Origin: Jatrophihabitantaceae bacterium | GTDB lineage: Bacteria > Actinomycetota > Actinomycetes > Mycobacteriales > Jatrophihabitantaceae | DNA length: 51,016 bases | NCBI GenBank assembly: GCA_035656335.1 | Contig: DASRSS010000114.1 | Location: forward strand, 1 to 51,016 | Reading direction: 5' to 3' | In this document: positions 1 through 10,612 of the stretch, piece after piece | Layout of the letters: each line of letters starts with the position of its first letter | Position numbering within the stretch: position 1 is the stretch's first letter | Position numbers and translations under genes: made by a program | The notes under the pieces: model-generated | The model's database searches: none | What the model was told of the DNA's origin: nothing | What the model saw: only the letters and a program-made list of their open reading frames with translations

Positions 1-239
1 AATGCCGACCGCAGGTAGTCGTGGACGGCCTTCTCCGGAACCCGGAACGAGCGGCCTACCCGGACGGCGGGGAGGTCACCGCCGTGCACCATGCGGTACA
101 CCGTCATCTTCGAAACGCGCATGACCGAGGCCACCTCGGCCACGGTCAGGAACTTGACCTCGGCCAGGGCGGGGTCGACCGGGTGCACCCCGGAGGATTC
201 CGTGGGCTTGCCAGGTCCGCGCTGTGCAGACGTGCTCAT
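1..239 (-). CDS. Excisionase-family helix-turn-helix small DNA-binding protein (Rv0500A-like), runs off the left edge
   Basis: Manual minus-strand translation from ATG (CAT at 237-239) gives MSTSAQRGPGKPTESSGVHPVDPALAEVKFLTVAEVASVMRVSKMTVYRMVHGGDLPAVRVGRSFRVPEKAVHDYLRSA. It is absent from the ORF track because there is no stop inside the window. The HTH core matches the excisionase-type DNA-binding domain, and it lies next to proC as in other actinomycetes. Confidence 0.8.
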   Translation of the reverse strand, partial: MSTSAQRGPGKPTESSGVHPVDPALAEVKFLTVAEVASVMRVSKMTVYRMVHGGDLPAVRVGRSFRVPEKAVHDYLRSA

Positions 240-384
240 GTCTCACCGACACCTTCGGCACGTGTCAGTGCGTCGGCTTCCCCACCGACGAACGGGACAC
301 GCACGTGCTCCTGCTGAGACTAGCGGTACCAGTGGGGCAGATGCGATACCCAGTCCCCCACTTTCTTGCCTGACACGGATCCGA

Positions 385-1185
385 TCACTCGCTGCCCAGT
401 TCGCGGCTGCGGTTGCAGGCGGCCTCGATCGCGGCGAGCAGGGCCGCGCGGACGCCGTGCACCTCGAGCTCGCGGATTGCCGCGATCGTGGTGCCGCCCG
501 GGCTCGTGACGGCCTCGCGCAGCTGCACCGGGTGCTCGCCGGAATCGCGCAGCATGACCGCGGAGCCGATCGCGGACTGGACGATCAGCTCGGTCGCGAG
601 CGTCCGGGGCAGCCCGAGCAGGATGCCGGCGTCGATCATCGCCTCGACCAGGTAGAAGAAGTAGGCCGGCCCGGACCCGGACAGCGCGGTGACCGCGTCC
701 AGCTGCGATTCGGGCACCCGCACGACGCGTCCGACGGCGGACAGCAGCGCCTCGGCGGTGGCCAGGTGCGCCTCGCCGGCGTGCGCGCCCGCGGATACGG
801 CGGTCATCGCCTGCTCGACGAGGGCTGGCGTGTTCGGCATGCAGCGCACGACCGCGACGCCCCCGGGCAGCCGGGCCTCGATGTGCGCGGTCGTAATGCC
901 CGCCGCCACCGACACGATCAGGTGCCGGTCGGTCACGCTCGACGCGAGCTCAGCGAGCAGCGTGTCGAGGTCCTGCGGCTTCACCGCCAGCACGATCGTG
1001 CCGGCGAAACCGGCCGCCTCCGCGACGTCGACCGCCTTCACGCCGTGGGTCGCGACGAGCTGGGCGGCCCGCTCGGCGTGCTTCTCGACGACGACGACGT
1101 CCGCCGGGCTGTACTCGCCGCGCAGCAGCCCGGACAGCAGCGCCTCGCCGATCTTGCCGCCGCCGAGGATCGCCAGTGCGTCCAT
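385..1185 (-). CDS. proC: Pyrroline-5-carboxylate reductase
   Basis: Lies in ORF 385..1296. Start is taken at the internal ATG (CAT 1183-1185), giving MDALAILGGGKIGEALLSGL (Rossmann GxGxxG). The conserved ProC C-terminal block SPGGTTIAAIRELE is present. Confidence 0.9.
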   Translation of the reverse strand: MDALAILGGGKIGEALLSGLLRGEYSPADVVVVEKHAERAAQLVATHGVKAVDVAEAAGFAGTIVLAVKPQDLDTLLAELASSVTDRHLIVSVAAGITTAHIEARLPGGVAVVRCMPNTPALVEQAMTAVSAGAHAGEAHLATAEALLSAVGRVVRVPESQLDAVTALSGSGPAYFFYLVEAMIDAGILLGLPRTLATELIVQSAIGSAVMLRDSGEHPVQLREAVTSPGGTTIAAIRELEVHGVRAALLAAIEAACNRSRELGSE

Positions 1186-1204
1186 GATCGTTCGCCCTTC
1201 GCTG

Positions 1205-2170
1205 TCAGCCGCGGGTGGCCACCGCGCGGGCGAAGAACGCGAGGTTCGCCGGGCGCTCGGCCAGCCGCCGCATGAGGTAGCCGTACCACTGGGCACCGTA
1301 CGGGACGTAGACGCGCACGGTGTGCTGGTTTTCGGCGAGGCGACGTTGCTCGTCCGGACGGATGCCGTAGAGCAGCTGGAACTCGAACTCGCCGCCGGAC
1401 TTGCCGTGAAACTTGGCGCGTTCGGCCGCGATCTCGATCAGCCGCGGGTCGTGAGTGGCGACCATCGGGTAGCCGGCCCCGCTCATCAGGATGTTCAGGC
1501 AGCGCACGTAGGACAGGTCGACGTCCAGCCGCTTCGTGTACGCCACCGACTCGGGCTCGCGGTAGGCGCCCTTGCACAGCCGCACCCGGCTGCCCGCGGT
1601 GGCCAGGTCGCGGCAGTCGCCCTCGGTGCGCCGCAGGTACGCCTGCAGCACCGCGCCGACGTCCGGGAAGTCGGCGCGCAGCTCGCGCAGGATGTCGAGG
1701 GTCGAGTCGGTGGTGGTGTGGTCCTCCATGTCCAGGGTGACCGTGGCCCCGGCGTCGGCCGCCGCCTGGCAGATCGCCCGGGCGTGCTCGAGCGCGAGCT
1801 TCTCGCCGTCCACCGGCAGGGCCTGGCCGATGGCGCTGAGCTTCACGCTGACCTCGGCCCGCGCGGTCAGCGGACCGAGGCGTTCGGCGATTCCTGCGTC
1901 GGCGAGTGCCCGGAGCAGTTCGGTGTACTCGGTGACGACGGCGCGGGCGCGCTCGCGGTCGGTGCAGTCCTCGCCGAGGTGATCGAGGCTGACGGTCAGG
2001 CCGGAGCGGATCAGCTCGCGCGCGGCGGCGACGGCGCTCGTCCGGTCGGGGCCGCCGACGAAGCGGCGGACGACGTCACGGCTGACGGGCGCGCGCGAGA
2101 CGAGCCGTTCGACCCGGGCACTGCGGGACGCGGCCAACACGGCGGAGCGGAGCAGGGCGGGCACCCGCAC
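1205..2170 (-). CDS. Proline dehydrogenase (monofunctional PRODH)
   Basis: 321-aa ORF with a GTG start. It shows PRODH-type blocks VSVKLSAIG, TLDMEDH, RVRLCKGAY and QLLYG. Its stop is 19 nt upstream of the proC start on the same strand. Confidence 0.8.
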   Translation of the reverse strand: MRVPALLRSAVLAASRSARVERLVSRAPVSRDVVRRFVGGPDRTSAVAAARELIRSGLTVSLDHLGEDCTDRERARAVVTEYTELLRALADAGIAERLGPLTARAEVSVKLSAIGQALPVDGEKLALEHARAICQAAADAGATVTLDMEDHTTTDSTLDILRELRADFPDVGAVLQAYLRRTEGDCRDLATAGSRVRLCKGAYREPESVAYTKRLDVDLSYVRCLNILMSGAGYPMVATHDPRLIEIAAERAKFHGKSGGEFEFQLLYGIRPDEQRRLAENQHTVRVYVPYGAQWYGYLMRRLAERPANLAFFARAVATRG

Positions 2171-2199
2171 AGGCTAACGGCCTACGCACCGGCGCCGTG

Positions 2200-3012
2200 T
2201 CAGGACGTGCGCGCGGGAAGCTGGCCCAGGTGCGTGCGGCAGAACGCCAGCGCCTCGGCCAGCTCGGCCTGCCGCTCGGCGCGGTCCAACGCCCGGCGCG
2301 TGTTCACCTCGACGATCACGTGCCCGGCGAAGCCGTTGCATGCGACGGTCGCGAGCACGTCCGCGCACGGCTGCGTGCCGCGTCCAGGGATCAGGTGCTC
2401 GTCCTTGGTGACGCCGGTGCCGTCGGCCAGGTGGACGTGCCGCAGCCGGTCCCCCATCGCGGCCAGCATCGCCATCGCGTCCGACTGCGACACGGCGGCG
2501 TGCGACAGGTCCAGCGTGTAGTCGCGGTACGGCTCGTCGTCGGGCGTGAGCGTGACGTCCCAACCGGGCTGGTACGCGGACACCTCGCGGCCCCGCACCC
2601 GCAGCGGGAACATGTTCTCCACGGCGAACCGCACGTCGGTCTCGCCGGCCATCCGCGCGATGCCGCGGCGGAACGAGCGCGCGTAGTCGCGCTGCCAGCG
2701 GAACGGCGGGTGCACGACGACGGTCTGCGCGCCGAGCAGCTCGGCGGCGAACCGGGCGCGTTCCAGCTTCTGCCACGGGTCGGTCGTCCAGACCCGTTGC
2801 GTGATCAGCAGGCACGGCGCGTGGACGGCCAGGATCGGCACTTGGTAGTGCTGCGAGAGCCGCAGCAGGGCGTACGGGTCCTGGCTGGTCGGGTCCGTCC
2901 AGACCATGACCTCGACGCCGTCGTAGCCGAGGCGCGCGGCAAGCTCGAACGCGGCGGCGGTCCCTTCCGGGTACACCGACGCCGTGGAGAGCCCGACCCG
3001 CACCGCTCCCAT
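2200..3012 (-). CDS. Sugar phosphate isomerase/epimerase (xylose-isomerase-like TIM barrel)
   Basis: 270-aa ORF with motifs GYDGVEV, VVVHP, AVENM and HVHLAD, typical of the AP-endonuclease-2/xylose-isomerase-like fold. Confidence 0.7.
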   Translation of the reverse strand: MGAVRVGLSTASVYPEGTAAAFELAARLGYDGVEVMVWTDPTSQDPYALLRLSQHYQVPILAVHAPCLLITQRVWTTDPWQKLERARFAAELLGAQTVVVHPPFRWQRDYARSFRRGIARMAGETDVRFAVENMFPLRVRGREVSAYQPGWDVTLTPDDEPYRDYTLDLSHAAVSQSDAMAMLAAMGDRLRHVHLADGTGVTKDEHLIPGRGTQPCADVLATVACNGFAGHVIVEVNTRRALDRAERQAELAEALAFCRTHLGQLPARTS

Positions 3013-3065
3013 GGCGGGAGGGTAGCCGTCCGGCCGCGATCACCGCGACGATTACCCTTGGCGCC

Positions 3066-3902
3066 GTGCCAGAGAACACTCCCGCCGCGGCGGCAGCGCC
3101 CGTCCCCGAAGTAGGGCTCGACTTCCCGCGGGAGTGGATCGAGTTCGTCGATCCGGCCGACGCCGAGCACTGGATCCGCGCCGACCTCACCTGGCTGTGC
3201 TCGCGCTGGACCTGCATCTTCGGACGCGGCTGCCACGGCACCGTGGCCGGCCAGGCGAGCACCGGCTGCTGCAACCACGGCGCCTACTTCTCCGACCGCG
3301 AGGACGAGGAGCGGGTGCGCGGCTTCGTCAAGCAGCTGACGCCGGACCTGTGGCAGCTGCACGACGCGGCCGTCCAGCCCGGCAAGAAGAAGCTCAACGT
3401 GTTCGTCAAGGACACCCTGGATGACGAGCAGCGCTGGAAGACCCGGGTGGTCGACGGGGCGTGCATCTTCGCCAACCGCGAGGGCTTCGCCGGCGGCATC
3501 GGCTGCGCGCTGCACGCCCTCGCGCTGCAGCAGGGACGCAACCCGCTGGAGACCAAGCCGGAGGTGTGCTGGCAGCTGCCGGTGCGCCGCGAGCAGGAGT
3601 GGGTGGACCGCCCGGACGACACCCGCATCCTCGTCTCGACGATCGCCGAGTTCGACCGGCGCGGCTGGGGCGAGGGCGGCCACGACCTGGACTGGTACTG
3701 CACGTCCTCGCCGGAGGCGCACGTCGGCGGCGAGCCGATGTACGTCTCGTACGGGCCGGAACTGGTCGCGCTGATCGGCGAGCAGGCGTACGCCGAGCTT
3801 TCGCGCATCTGCGCCGACCGGCTCAGGCTCGGGCTGGTCGCCGTGCACCCCGCGACCGCCGCGGCGCAGCAAAGCCCGCACCAGGGCGCGCAGCAGACAT
3901 AG
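3066..3902 (+). CDS. Conserved cysteine-rich hypothetical protein
   Basis: 278-aa ORF divergent from 2200..3012. It has multiple Cys clusters ([39 protein letters not shown]) suggesting metal or Fe-S binding. The family is not assigned. Confidence 0.55.
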   Translation: MPENTPAAAAAPVPEVGLDFPREWIEFVDPADAEHWIRADLTWLCSRWTCIFGRGCHGTVAGQASTGCCNHGAYFSDREDEERVRGFVKQLTPDLWQLHDAAVQPGKKKLNVFVKDTLDDEQRWKTRVVDGACIFANREGFAGGIGCALHALALQQGRNPLETKPEVCWQLPVRREQEWVDRPDDTRILVSTIAEFDRRGWGEGGHDLDWYCTSSPEAHVGGEPMYVSYGPELVALIGEQAYAELSRICADRLRLGLVAVHPATAAAQQSPHQGAQQT

Positions 3903-3975
3903 TCCGCCGCCGGATGCAGCAGCGCGGGCCGCTCGTGCGTTGAAGACCCGAAAGCCGTCCGGCGAGAGGGTATTG

Positions 3976-4482
3976 ATGCAGTTCGACGAGTACGTGCGCA
4001 TGCAGCGGCCGGCGCTCATGCGGTTCGCGACGGTGCTGACCGGGCGGACCTGGCTGGCCGAGGACGTGGTCAGCGACGTGCTCGGTCGCGCGTTCGAGCG
4101 GTGGGACCGCATCGGCGAGACTGACCAGCCACACGCATACGTCCGGCGGATGGTCGTCAACGAATACCTCTCCTGGCAGCGCCGCGCCAAGCGGCATGCC
4201 CCGCTCGATGACGAACCCGGCGCCCCGGTGCCGGACGGAGCCGCCGAGCGGGCCGAACGCGCCGCCATGATCCACCTGCTCGACCGACTGCCACGCCGCC
4301 AGCGTGCCGCCGTCGTGCTGCGTTACTACGCCGGGCTGTCCGACGAGGAGGTCGCGGCCGAACTGGGCTGCCGGGCGAGCACCGTCCGCAGCCAGATCTC
4401 GCGGGCCCTCGCTGCCCTGCGCATCGACATCAACGACACGGCCGGGGCGTACCCGGCCCCGACCGTCTTGGAGATCCGATGA
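3976..4482 (+). CDS. ECF (sigma-70 family, SigE-type) RNA polymerase sigma factor
   Basis: Lies in ORF 3940..4482. Start is taken at ATG 3976, preceded by GAGAGGG. The region-2 block is DVVSDVLGRAFERWDRI..HAYVRRMVVNEYLS and region 4 is LPRRQRAAVVLRYYAGLSDEEVAAELGCRASTVRSQISRAL. Confidence 0.85.
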   Translation: MQFDEYVRMQRPALMRFATVLTGRTWLAEDVVSDVLGRAFERWDRIGETDQPHAYVRRMVVNEYLSWQRRAKRHAPLDDEPGAPVPDGAAERAERAAMIHLLDRLPRRQRAAVVLRYYAGLSDEEVAAELGCRASTVRSQISRALAALRIDINDTAGAYPAPTVLEIR

Positions 4483-5285
4483 ACACTCTGCGCGATCTGC
4501 ACGAAGCGTTCCACGAGCTCGAACTGCGCGCCGACGCCATCCACGCCGCCCCGGAGCCGGCGATCCGCCCGGGCCGTTCGGCCCGCCGGCTGATCGCCCC
4601 GACCGCGTCCGTGGCCGCCGTCGCGGCGGTCGCGCTGACCGTCGCCGGCGTGACCGTCTGGCACGACGGCTCCGGCTCGAACTCGGGCACGACGCAGGCC
4701 GGGGCAGGTGGGGGGTCCCAGCCGCAGGTGCTCCAGTCGCAGCCGGTCGCGCAGATGACGACGGCGCCCGCGGGCTTCCAGCCGCCGGCCAGCGCCGACG
4801 AGCTGGCGGCCAGGGCCCGCGCGATCCTGGCGGGCATCGCGACGATCACCGTCACCGACAGCGGCCCCAACGTGCAGATGACCCTGCCGTCCGGGATGAA
4901 GGGCGCGGCCAGTGCCGCAGTGCCGAACGGCGGCGACGCCAACGGCGCGATGATCACCGGCACCCTTACCGCGGCCGGACGCACCGGCGGCTTCCAGCTG
5001 GACGTCTATACCGAGAAGGCGCACGGCACGGGCACCGCCTGCGACGTCCCGAGCTCGTGCACACATCACGTCGGCTCCGACGGCTCCGTGCTGTGGGCCA
5101 GCACCTGGCACGACGCGACCGGCGGGCTGACCGAGCAGGTCGAGCTGGACCGCGCGGACGGCGGGGTGATCTCGCTGCACCTGAGCACGGAGCGCGACCC
5201 GAAGGGCGGCGGTCCGGCCATCGCCTCGCAGCTGCCGCTGACCGTCCAGCAGATGACGGACCTCGTCAGCTCCGACCAGTGGTGA
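4479..5285 (+). CDS. Single-pass membrane protein, putative cognate anti-sigma or sigma-associated protein
   Basis: ATGA overlap with the sigma-factor stop (4479-4482). It has a short N-terminal cytoplasmic segment, one TM (LIAPTASVAAVAAVALTVAGVTVW) and a Gly/Ser/Ala-rich extracytoplasmic domain. No HxxxCxxC zinc motif is present. Confidence 0.6.
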   Translation: MNTLRDLHEAFHELELRADAIHAAPEPAIRPGRSARRLIAPTASVAAVAAVALTVAGVTVWHDGSGSNSGTTQAGAGGGSQPQVLQSQPVAQMTTAPAGFQPPASADELAARARAILAGIATITVTDSGPNVQMTLPSGMKGAASAAVPNGGDANGAMITGTLTAAGRTGGFQLDVYTEKAHGTGTACDVPSSCTHHVGSDGSVLWASTWHDATGGLTEQVELDRADGGVISLHLSTERDPKGGGPAIASQLPLTVQQMTDLVSSDQW

Positions 5286-5289
5286 CGGT

Positions 5290-5973
5290 TCAGGCCTCCA
5301 GCTTGTAGCCCAATCCCCTTACCGTCACGAGGTATTTGGGGTCGGACGGATCGGGTTCGATCTTCGCCCGCAGCCGCTTCACGTGGACGTCCAGGGTCTT
5401 GGTGTCACCGACGTAGTCGGGACCCCAGACCCGGTCGATCAGCTGGCCGCGGGTGAGGACCCGTCCGCAGTTGCGCAGCAGCAGCTCGAGGAGATCGAAC
5501 TCCTTGAGCGGCAGCGAGACCGGACGGCCGTCGACGGTCACCACGTGCCGCTCGACGTCCATCCGCACCGGGCCGGCCTCGATCACCGGCGAGATCAGCT
5601 CGTCGGGGTGGTCACCGCCGCGGCGCAGCACGGCACGGATCCGCGCGATCAGCTCGCGGGACGAGTACGGCTTGGTCACGTAATCGTCCGCGCCGAGCTC
5701 GAGGCCGACGATCTTGTCGATCTCGGCGTCGCGCGCGGTGACCATGATGATCGGGACGTTCGAGCGGGACCGGAGCGCGCGGCACACCTCGGTGCCGGAC
5801 AGGCCGGGCAGCATCAGGTCCAACAGCACCACATCGGCCCCGGACCGGTCGTAGGCGGCCAGCGCGTCCGTGCCCGTCGCGGCCACCTCGACCTCGAACC
5901 CGTCGCGCTCGAGCTGGAAGCTGAGCGCGTCGGAGAAGGACTCCTCGTCCTCGACCAGCAGTACGCGCGTCAC
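5290..5973 (-). CDS. regX3: OmpR/PhoB-family response regulator (RegX3-like)
   Basis: Receiver domain is RVLLVEDEESF..DVVLLDLMLPG..DDYVTKP, followed by a winged-helix C-terminus (VHVKRLRAKIE..YLVTVRGLGYKL). GTGA overlap with the upstream kinase. Confidence 0.85.
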   Translation of the reverse strand: MTRVLLVEDEESFSDALSFQLERDGFEVEVAATGTDALAAYDRSGADVVLLDLMLPGLSGTEVCRALRSRSNVPIIMVTARDAEIDKIVGLELGADDYVTKPYSSRELIARIRAVLRRGGDHPDELISPVIEAGPVRMDVERHVVTVDGRPVSLPLKEFDLLELLLRNCGRVLTRGQLIDRVWGPDYVGDTKTLDVHVKRLRAKIEPDPSDPKYLVTVRGLGYKLEA

Positions 5974-7205
5974 GGCGTCGAGGATCCCCCGTCCGAGTGA
6001 ACGCGAGGTAACCGGACGGTGAACGTCGAACCCTCGCCGGGCGTGCTGCGAACGGTGACCGTGCCGCGGTGGTTGGTGACCACGTTCTTCACGATCGCGA
6101 GGCCGAGGCCGGTGCCGCCGGTGGCGCGGGAGCGCGCCGGGTCGACCCGGTAGAAGCGTTCGAAGATCCGCTCCTGGTCGGCGGCGCTGACGCCGATGCC
6201 CTGGTCGGTGACCGCGATGTCGACGGTGGGACGGGCCTGGTGATCGCTCGCACCCTTCGCCACGACCACCACGCGCGAACCGGATTGGCTGTAGGCGATC
6301 GCGTTGTCGACCAGGTTGGACACGGCGGCGGCGAGCTGGGCGTCGTTGCCGCGCACCCGCAGGCCCGGCTCGCAGCGCACGTCGATCTCGATGCCGGCCT
6401 GCTCGGCGGCGAGCCGCTCGCGGTCGACGGCGTCGGCGACGAGCCGCTCGACGTCCACCTCCGCCGCGCCCGGCATCGGGTCGACGCCCTGCACCTTGGA
6501 CAGCTCCATCAGCTCGGACACCAGCCGTCCCAGCCGCGCGCTCTCGTGCTGCATGCGGCCGGCGAACCTCTCGACGGCCTCGGGATCGCCGGCCGCGTCC
6601 CGCACCGCCTCGGCGAGCAGGCTCAGCGCGCCGACCGGCGTCTTCAGCTCGTGCGACACGTTCGCGACGAAGTCACGGCGCACCTCGTCGAGCCGGCGCT
6701 GCTCGCTGATGTCGGCGAGCAGCAGGGCCACACCGTCGGCGCGGTCCGCGTCGGTGACCGGCACCGCCGTGGCCGCGACCGCGATCGGCTCGCGGCCGAG
6801 CCGGCTCAGCGGCAGGTCGATCGCGCGGCACAGCGAAGCGTCGTCACGCCGCGCGTCGGACGCGATCGCGCGCAGCGGCTCGAAGGCCAGCCGGTCGACG
6901 TCCACCACGTCCATCGCGCGGGCCGCCGGGTTGACGAGGACTACGCGCTCCTCGGCGTCGACGACCACGACGCCGATGTCGAGCGCCTCGACCACCAGCG
7001 AGGCGAGCGCGGGCAGGTGCGGCGGCCGCCGGGGCGCCTCGGCGTCCGGACCCGGCGCCTCCTGCGCGCGCCGTGCGGTGAACAGCACGCGGGCCGCCGC
7101 GATGGACAGCAGCACGGCGATGACGATGAGGGCGAGCGCCAGCCCGAGCACGGAACTACTTCTTGCCCTGGTTGGCGACGGCCTCGATCGCGGCCGCGGC
7201 GGCAT
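5970..7205 (-). CDS. senX3: Sensor histidine kinase (SenX3-like)
   Basis: H-box [17 protein letters not shown]-box [12 protein letters not shown] and G-boxes [15 protein letters not shown] are present. The ORF's 5' end overlaps the gpm 3' end, so a GTG at 7151 ([13 protein letters not shown], the N-terminal TM) is a plausible true start. Confidence 0.85.
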   Translation of the reverse strand: MPPRPRSRPSPTRARSSSVLGLALALIVIAVLLSIAAARVLFTARRAQEAPGPDAEAPRRPPHLPALASLVVEALDIGVVVVDAEERVVLVNPAARAMDVVDVDRLAFEPLRAIASDARRDDASLCRAIDLPLSRLGREPIAVAATAVPVTDADRADGVALLLADISEQRRLDEVRRDFVANVSHELKTPVGALSLLAEAVRDAAGDPEAVERFAGRMQHESARLGRLVSELMELSKVQGVDPMPGAAEVDVERLVADAVDRERLAAEQAGIEIDVRCEPGLRVRGNDAQLAAAVSNLVDNAIAYSQSGSRVVVVAKGASDHQARPTVDIAVTDQGIGVSAADQERIFERFYRVDPARSRATGGTGLGLAIVKNVVTNHRGTVTVRSTPGEGSTFTVRLPRVHSDGGSSTP

Positions 7206-7935
7206 CCGGATCCAGGTACGCCCCCGGGCCGGTCGGCATCATCGTGACCGGGTCCAGCTCGTAGCGCCGCGGGATCCCGGTCGGCACGTTCAGCGCGACG
7301 ACGGCCTCGTCCGACATGCCGTCCAGGTGCTTGATCAGCGCGCGCAGCGAGTTGCCGTGCGCGGCCACCAGCACGGTGCCGTTGCGCAGGTCGGGGACGA
7401 TCGCGTCGTACCAGTACGGCAGCATCCGGCCGACGACGTCCTTGAGGCATTCGGTGCGCGGCACGGTCTCCAGCAGGTTCGCGTAGCGCGGGTCGCCGAC
7501 CTGGCTGTACGTGTCGTCGTCCGCGAGCGGCGGCGGCGGGACGTCGTACGAGCGGCGCCACAGCATGAACTGTTCGTCGCCGAACTCGGCGCGCACCGCG
7601 GCCTTGTCCTTGCCCTGCAGCGCGCCGTAGTGGCGCTCGTTGAGCCGCCACGAGCGGCGCACCGGCACCCAGTGTCGATCGGCCGCGTTCAGCGCGATGT
7701 TCGCGGTGCGGATCGCGCGGCGCAGCACGGACGTGTGCACCACGTCCGGCAGCAGGCCGTGCTCGCGCAGCAGCTCGCCGCCGCGGCGGCCCTCGGCCTC
7801 ACCGGCCGCGGTCAGGTCGACGTCCACCCAGCCGGTGAACAGGTTCTTGGAGTTCCAGTCGCTCTCGCCGTGGCGGAGCAGGATCAGCGTCGGCACGCCC
7901 TCAATCCTGCCAGCCGTGAATACCCCGTTCACCAC
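7156..7935 (-). CDS. gpmA: 2,3-bisphosphoglycerate-dependent phosphoglycerate mutase
   Basis: [25 protein letters not shown] carries the catalytic RHGE motif, with RRAIRT and [10 protein letters not shown] also present. The true start may be the GTG at 7896 (VPTLILL). Confidence 0.9.
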   Translation of the reverse strand: MVNGVFTAGRIEGVPTLILLRHGESDWNSKNLFTGWVDVDLTAAGEAEGRRGGELLREHGLLPDVVHTSVLRRAIRTANIALNAADRHWVPVRRSWRLNERHYGALQGKDKAAVRAEFGDEQFMLWRRSYDVPPPPLADDDTYSQVGDPRYANLLETVPRTECLKDVVGRMLPYWYDAIVPDLRNGTVLVAAHGNSLRALIKHLDGMSDEAVVALNVPTGIPRRYELDPVTMMPTGPGAYLDPDAAAAAIEAVANQGKK

Positions 7936-7962
7936 ACCCCGCTGTGGCTGAGGGGGTATCGA

Positions 7963-8451
7963 TCACTCGGACGTGCGCTCGGCGAAGCCCTTGAACGCCT
8001 GCAGGTTGGCCAGCGACTCGCCGCGCTTGACCCGCCAGGCCCACTCGCGGCGGATGGACGAGCCGAACCCCATCTCCAGCAGCGTGTTGAACGTCCCGTC
8101 CGCGTACTCCAGCACGCAGCCCAGGATACGGTCGAGCTCCTCGGGGCTGACGGACGCCAGCGGCACCCGTCCGCTCAGGTAGACGTCGCCGGTCGCGTCG
8201 ATCGCCCAGGCCACCGCGTACATGCGGGCGTTGCGCTGCAGCAGGTAGCCGTACACCTGCTCGCGGTTCTCCTCCGGCGCGCGCAGCACGAACGCCTCGA
8301 TCTCCAGCGCGTGCGCGCCGACCGTCAGCAGGCACGCCGTCTTGAGCCGCTTCTCGCCCGGTAGCGCGACCGCGAACGAGGACTCGTCGAACCGCTCGTG
8401 CTCCAGCTCCTGATCGGCCAGGTAGTTCGCGATGATCTCGGCCGCGCTCAT
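7963..8451 (-). CDS. YbjN-domain protein (Rv0487-like)
   Basis: 162-aa ORF with an ATGA overlap with the mshA stop. Its position between mshA and gpm matches mycobacterial synteny. Confidence 0.65.
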   Translation of the reverse strand: MSAAEIIANYLADQELEHERFDESSFAVALPGEKRLKTACLLTVGAHALEIEAFVLRAPEENREQVYGYLLQRNARMYAVAWAIDATGDVYLSGRVPLASVSPEELDRILGCVLEYADGTFNTLLEMGFGSSIRREWAWRVKRGESLANLQAFKGFAERTSE

Positions 8452-9752
8452 CGCGCGATCACCTGCGGACGCAGCTCCGCGATCGCCTCGGCGTACGCGG
8501 CGAGCAGCCCGTCGGTGGTGCGCGACCAGGAGAACCGCTCGGCGTGGGGACGCGCGCCCGCCGCCAACTGCTCGCGCTCACCGGGCGTGCGCAGCAGGTC
8601 GCCGAGCAGCTTGGCCCACAGCTGCGGGTCGTGGCCGTCGACCAGCACGCCGGACACGCCGTCGGCCACCGCGGTCGTCAGCCCGCCGACGGACGCGGCC
8701 ACGACCGGTGTCGCGCACGCCTGCGACTCCAGCGCGACCAGCCCGAAGGACTCGTTGTAGCTCGGCACCACGGTCAGGTCCGCGGCGCGGTAGTAGTCGG
8801 CGACGACCTCGCGCGGCGCCGGCGGCACGAAGCGGACGAGATCGGCCAGACCCAGCTCGGCGGCGAGCCCGGACAGCCAGTGCGGCTCGTCCAGCCCGGA
8901 GCCGCTCGGCGCGCCGAGGACGACCACCTGCAGGCCGGCCAGTTCGTGGCGCAGCACGGCGGCGGCGCGCAGCAGCACGTCCGGCGCCTTCAGCGGCTGG
9001 ATCCGTCCCACGAACAGCAGGGTCGGGACGTCCGGCCGCAGCCCCAGCCGGGCGCGGGCGGCGTCCGCGTCGCCGGGCGTGAACGTGTCCAGATCGACGC
9101 CGGGAGCGATCGTGCGCACCTGCGCGGGGTCCGCGTCGTACAGCTCGATCAGCTGCTGGGCCTCCTCGGCCGTCGACGCGATCAACCGGTCGGCCTCGGC
9201 CACGACCTGGTCCTCGCCGATCAGCCGCGCGGCGGGCTCGGGCACGTCGCCGTCCGCGAGCAGCGCGTTCTTCACCTTGCCGAGCGTGTGCGCCGAATGC
9301 ACCAGCGGGATGCCCCAGCGCTCGCGCGCCAGCCAGCCGACCTGCCCGGACAGCCAGTAGTGCGAGTGGATCACGTCGTACCAGCCGGGCTCGTGGAACG
9401 CCTCGGTGCGCAGCACGCCGGCGGTGAACGCGCACAGCTGCGCCGGCAGGTCGCCCTTCGCCAGCCCCTCGAACGGGCCGGCCGTCACGTGCCGGACGAG
9501 CACGCCCGGCGCCAGCTCCACGGTCGGCGGCTGGTCGCTTGACGTGGCGCGCGTGAACACCTCGACCTCGACGCCGGACGCGGCCAGCCGGCGTGCGGTC
9601 TCGACGATGTAGACGTTCATGCCGCCGGCGTCGCCGCCACCGGGCGGGTCCAGCGGCGAGGTGTGCACGCTGAGCATGGCGACGCGACGGAGGTAGCCGA
9701 GCGACGTGGGGTGGGGCGAACCGTTGGTGCCGAACCGCGGCGTGCGCTGCAC
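8448..9752 (-). CDS. mshA: D-inositol-3-phosphate glycosyltransferase (mycothiol biosynthesis)
   Basis: Near-collinear by recall with M. tuberculosis MshA: [57 protein letters not shown] and [23 protein letters not shown]. This is a GT4 family protein. Confidence 0.9.
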   Translation of the reverse strand: MQRTPRFGTNGSPHPTSLGYLRRVAMLSVHTSPLDPPGGGDAGGMNVYIVETARRLAASGVEVEVFTRATSSDQPPTVELAPGVLVRHVTAGPFEGLAKGDLPAQLCAFTAGVLRTEAFHEPGWYDVIHSHYWLSGQVGWLARERWGIPLVHSAHTLGKVKNALLADGDVPEPAARLIGEDQVVAEADRLIASTAEEAQQLIELYDADPAQVRTIAPGVDLDTFTPGDADAARARLGLRPDVPTLLFVGRIQPLKAPDVLLRAAAVLRHELAGLQVVVLGAPSGSGLDEPHWLSGLAAELGLADLVRFVPPAPREVVADYYRAADLTVVPSYNESFGLVALESQACATPVVAASVGGLTTAVADGVSGVLVDGHDPQLWAKLLGDLLRTPGEREQLAAGARPHAERFSWSRTTDGLLAAYAEAIAELRPQVIAR

Positions 9753-9836
9753 CGGTTACCCCTTTCGTTCGCCCACGACGTAACACGCCCCTACACCAGA
9801 TCATGCCCGAAACCCGCCACCGGCAGAATTGCGGCC

Positions 9837-10592
9837 ATGGACGCACAGCGAGGAACGGCAGTGGTGACCGGCGCGAGCAGTGGGATCGGCGCGGCGACCG
9901 CGCGCCGGTTGGCCGCCGAGGGGTACCGCGTGATCGCGGCCGCGCGGCGCCGGGATCGGCTGGACGAGCTGGCCGAGTCCACCCCGGGAATCGTCCCGGT
10001 GACGCTGGACGTCACCGACCCCGACTCGATCGCCGCGCTGGCCGCGTCCGTCGGTGACGAGGTCGCCGTGCTGGTGAACAACGCCGGCGGCGCGATCGGG
10101 ACGGAGCCGATCGAGCGCGCCGATCCGGCCGACTGGCAGGCGATGTACGAGACGAACGTGCTGGGCGTGCTGCGCGTGACGCAGGCGCTGCTGCCCGCGC
10201 TGGAACACGGCGCGGGAGGGTACGTCGTCGTCACCGGTTCGATCGCCGGCCATCTGGTGTACGAGGGCGGCGCCGGGTACACGGCCGCCAAGCACGCTGC
10301 GACCGCGCTGGTCGAGACGCTGCGCCTGGAGCTGAACGGGCGTCCGGTGCGGGTCACCGAGATCGCACCCGGCATGGTGCACACCGAGGAGTTCTCGCTG
10401 GTCCGCTACCGCGGTGACCAGGAGGCCGCCGACCGGGTCTACGCCGGCGTTCCGGATCCGCTGACCGCGGAGGACGTCGCGGACTGCATCGCGTTCGCCG
10501 TCACCCGGCCGGCGCACGTCAACATCGACCTGTTGGTGGTCAAGCCGCTGGCGCAGGCCGCGCCGCACAAGGTGGTCCGCCGCGGCGAGTGA
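9837..10592 (+). CDS. Short-chain dehydrogenase/reductase (SDR)
   Basis: Start is taken at ATG 9837 within ORF 9663..10592. Motifs are TGASSGIGAATA (cofactor), NNAG, and YTAAKHA (catalytic YxxxK). Confidence 0.8.
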   Translation: MDAQRGTAVVTGASSGIGAATARRLAAEGYRVIAAARRRDRLDELAESTPGIVPVTLDVTDPDSIAALAASVGDEVAVLVNNAGGAIGTEPIERADPADWQAMYETNVLGVLRVTQALLPALEHGAGGYVVVTGSIAGHLVYEGGAGYTAAKHAATALVETLRLELNGRPVRVTEIAPGMVHTEEFSLVRYRGDQEAADRVYAGVPDPLTAEDVADCIAFAVTRPAHVNIDLLVVKPLAQAAPHKVVRRGE

Positions 10593-10612
10593 TCACGCGC
10601 CGGCGCGAGGCG

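Noticed and set aside
689-2521. Very long ORFs in the track lying antisense to or out of frame with confident genes. Examples are 689..2521, 6304..8364, 8578..9846, 13293..14546, 28337..29617, 44317..47136 and 45236..47047.
   Set aside because: Their translations are Arg/Ala/Gly/Pro-rich with no recognisable motifs. Each overlaps a gene with strong family signatures on another frame or strand. This is the classic high-GC stop-codon-depletion artefact.
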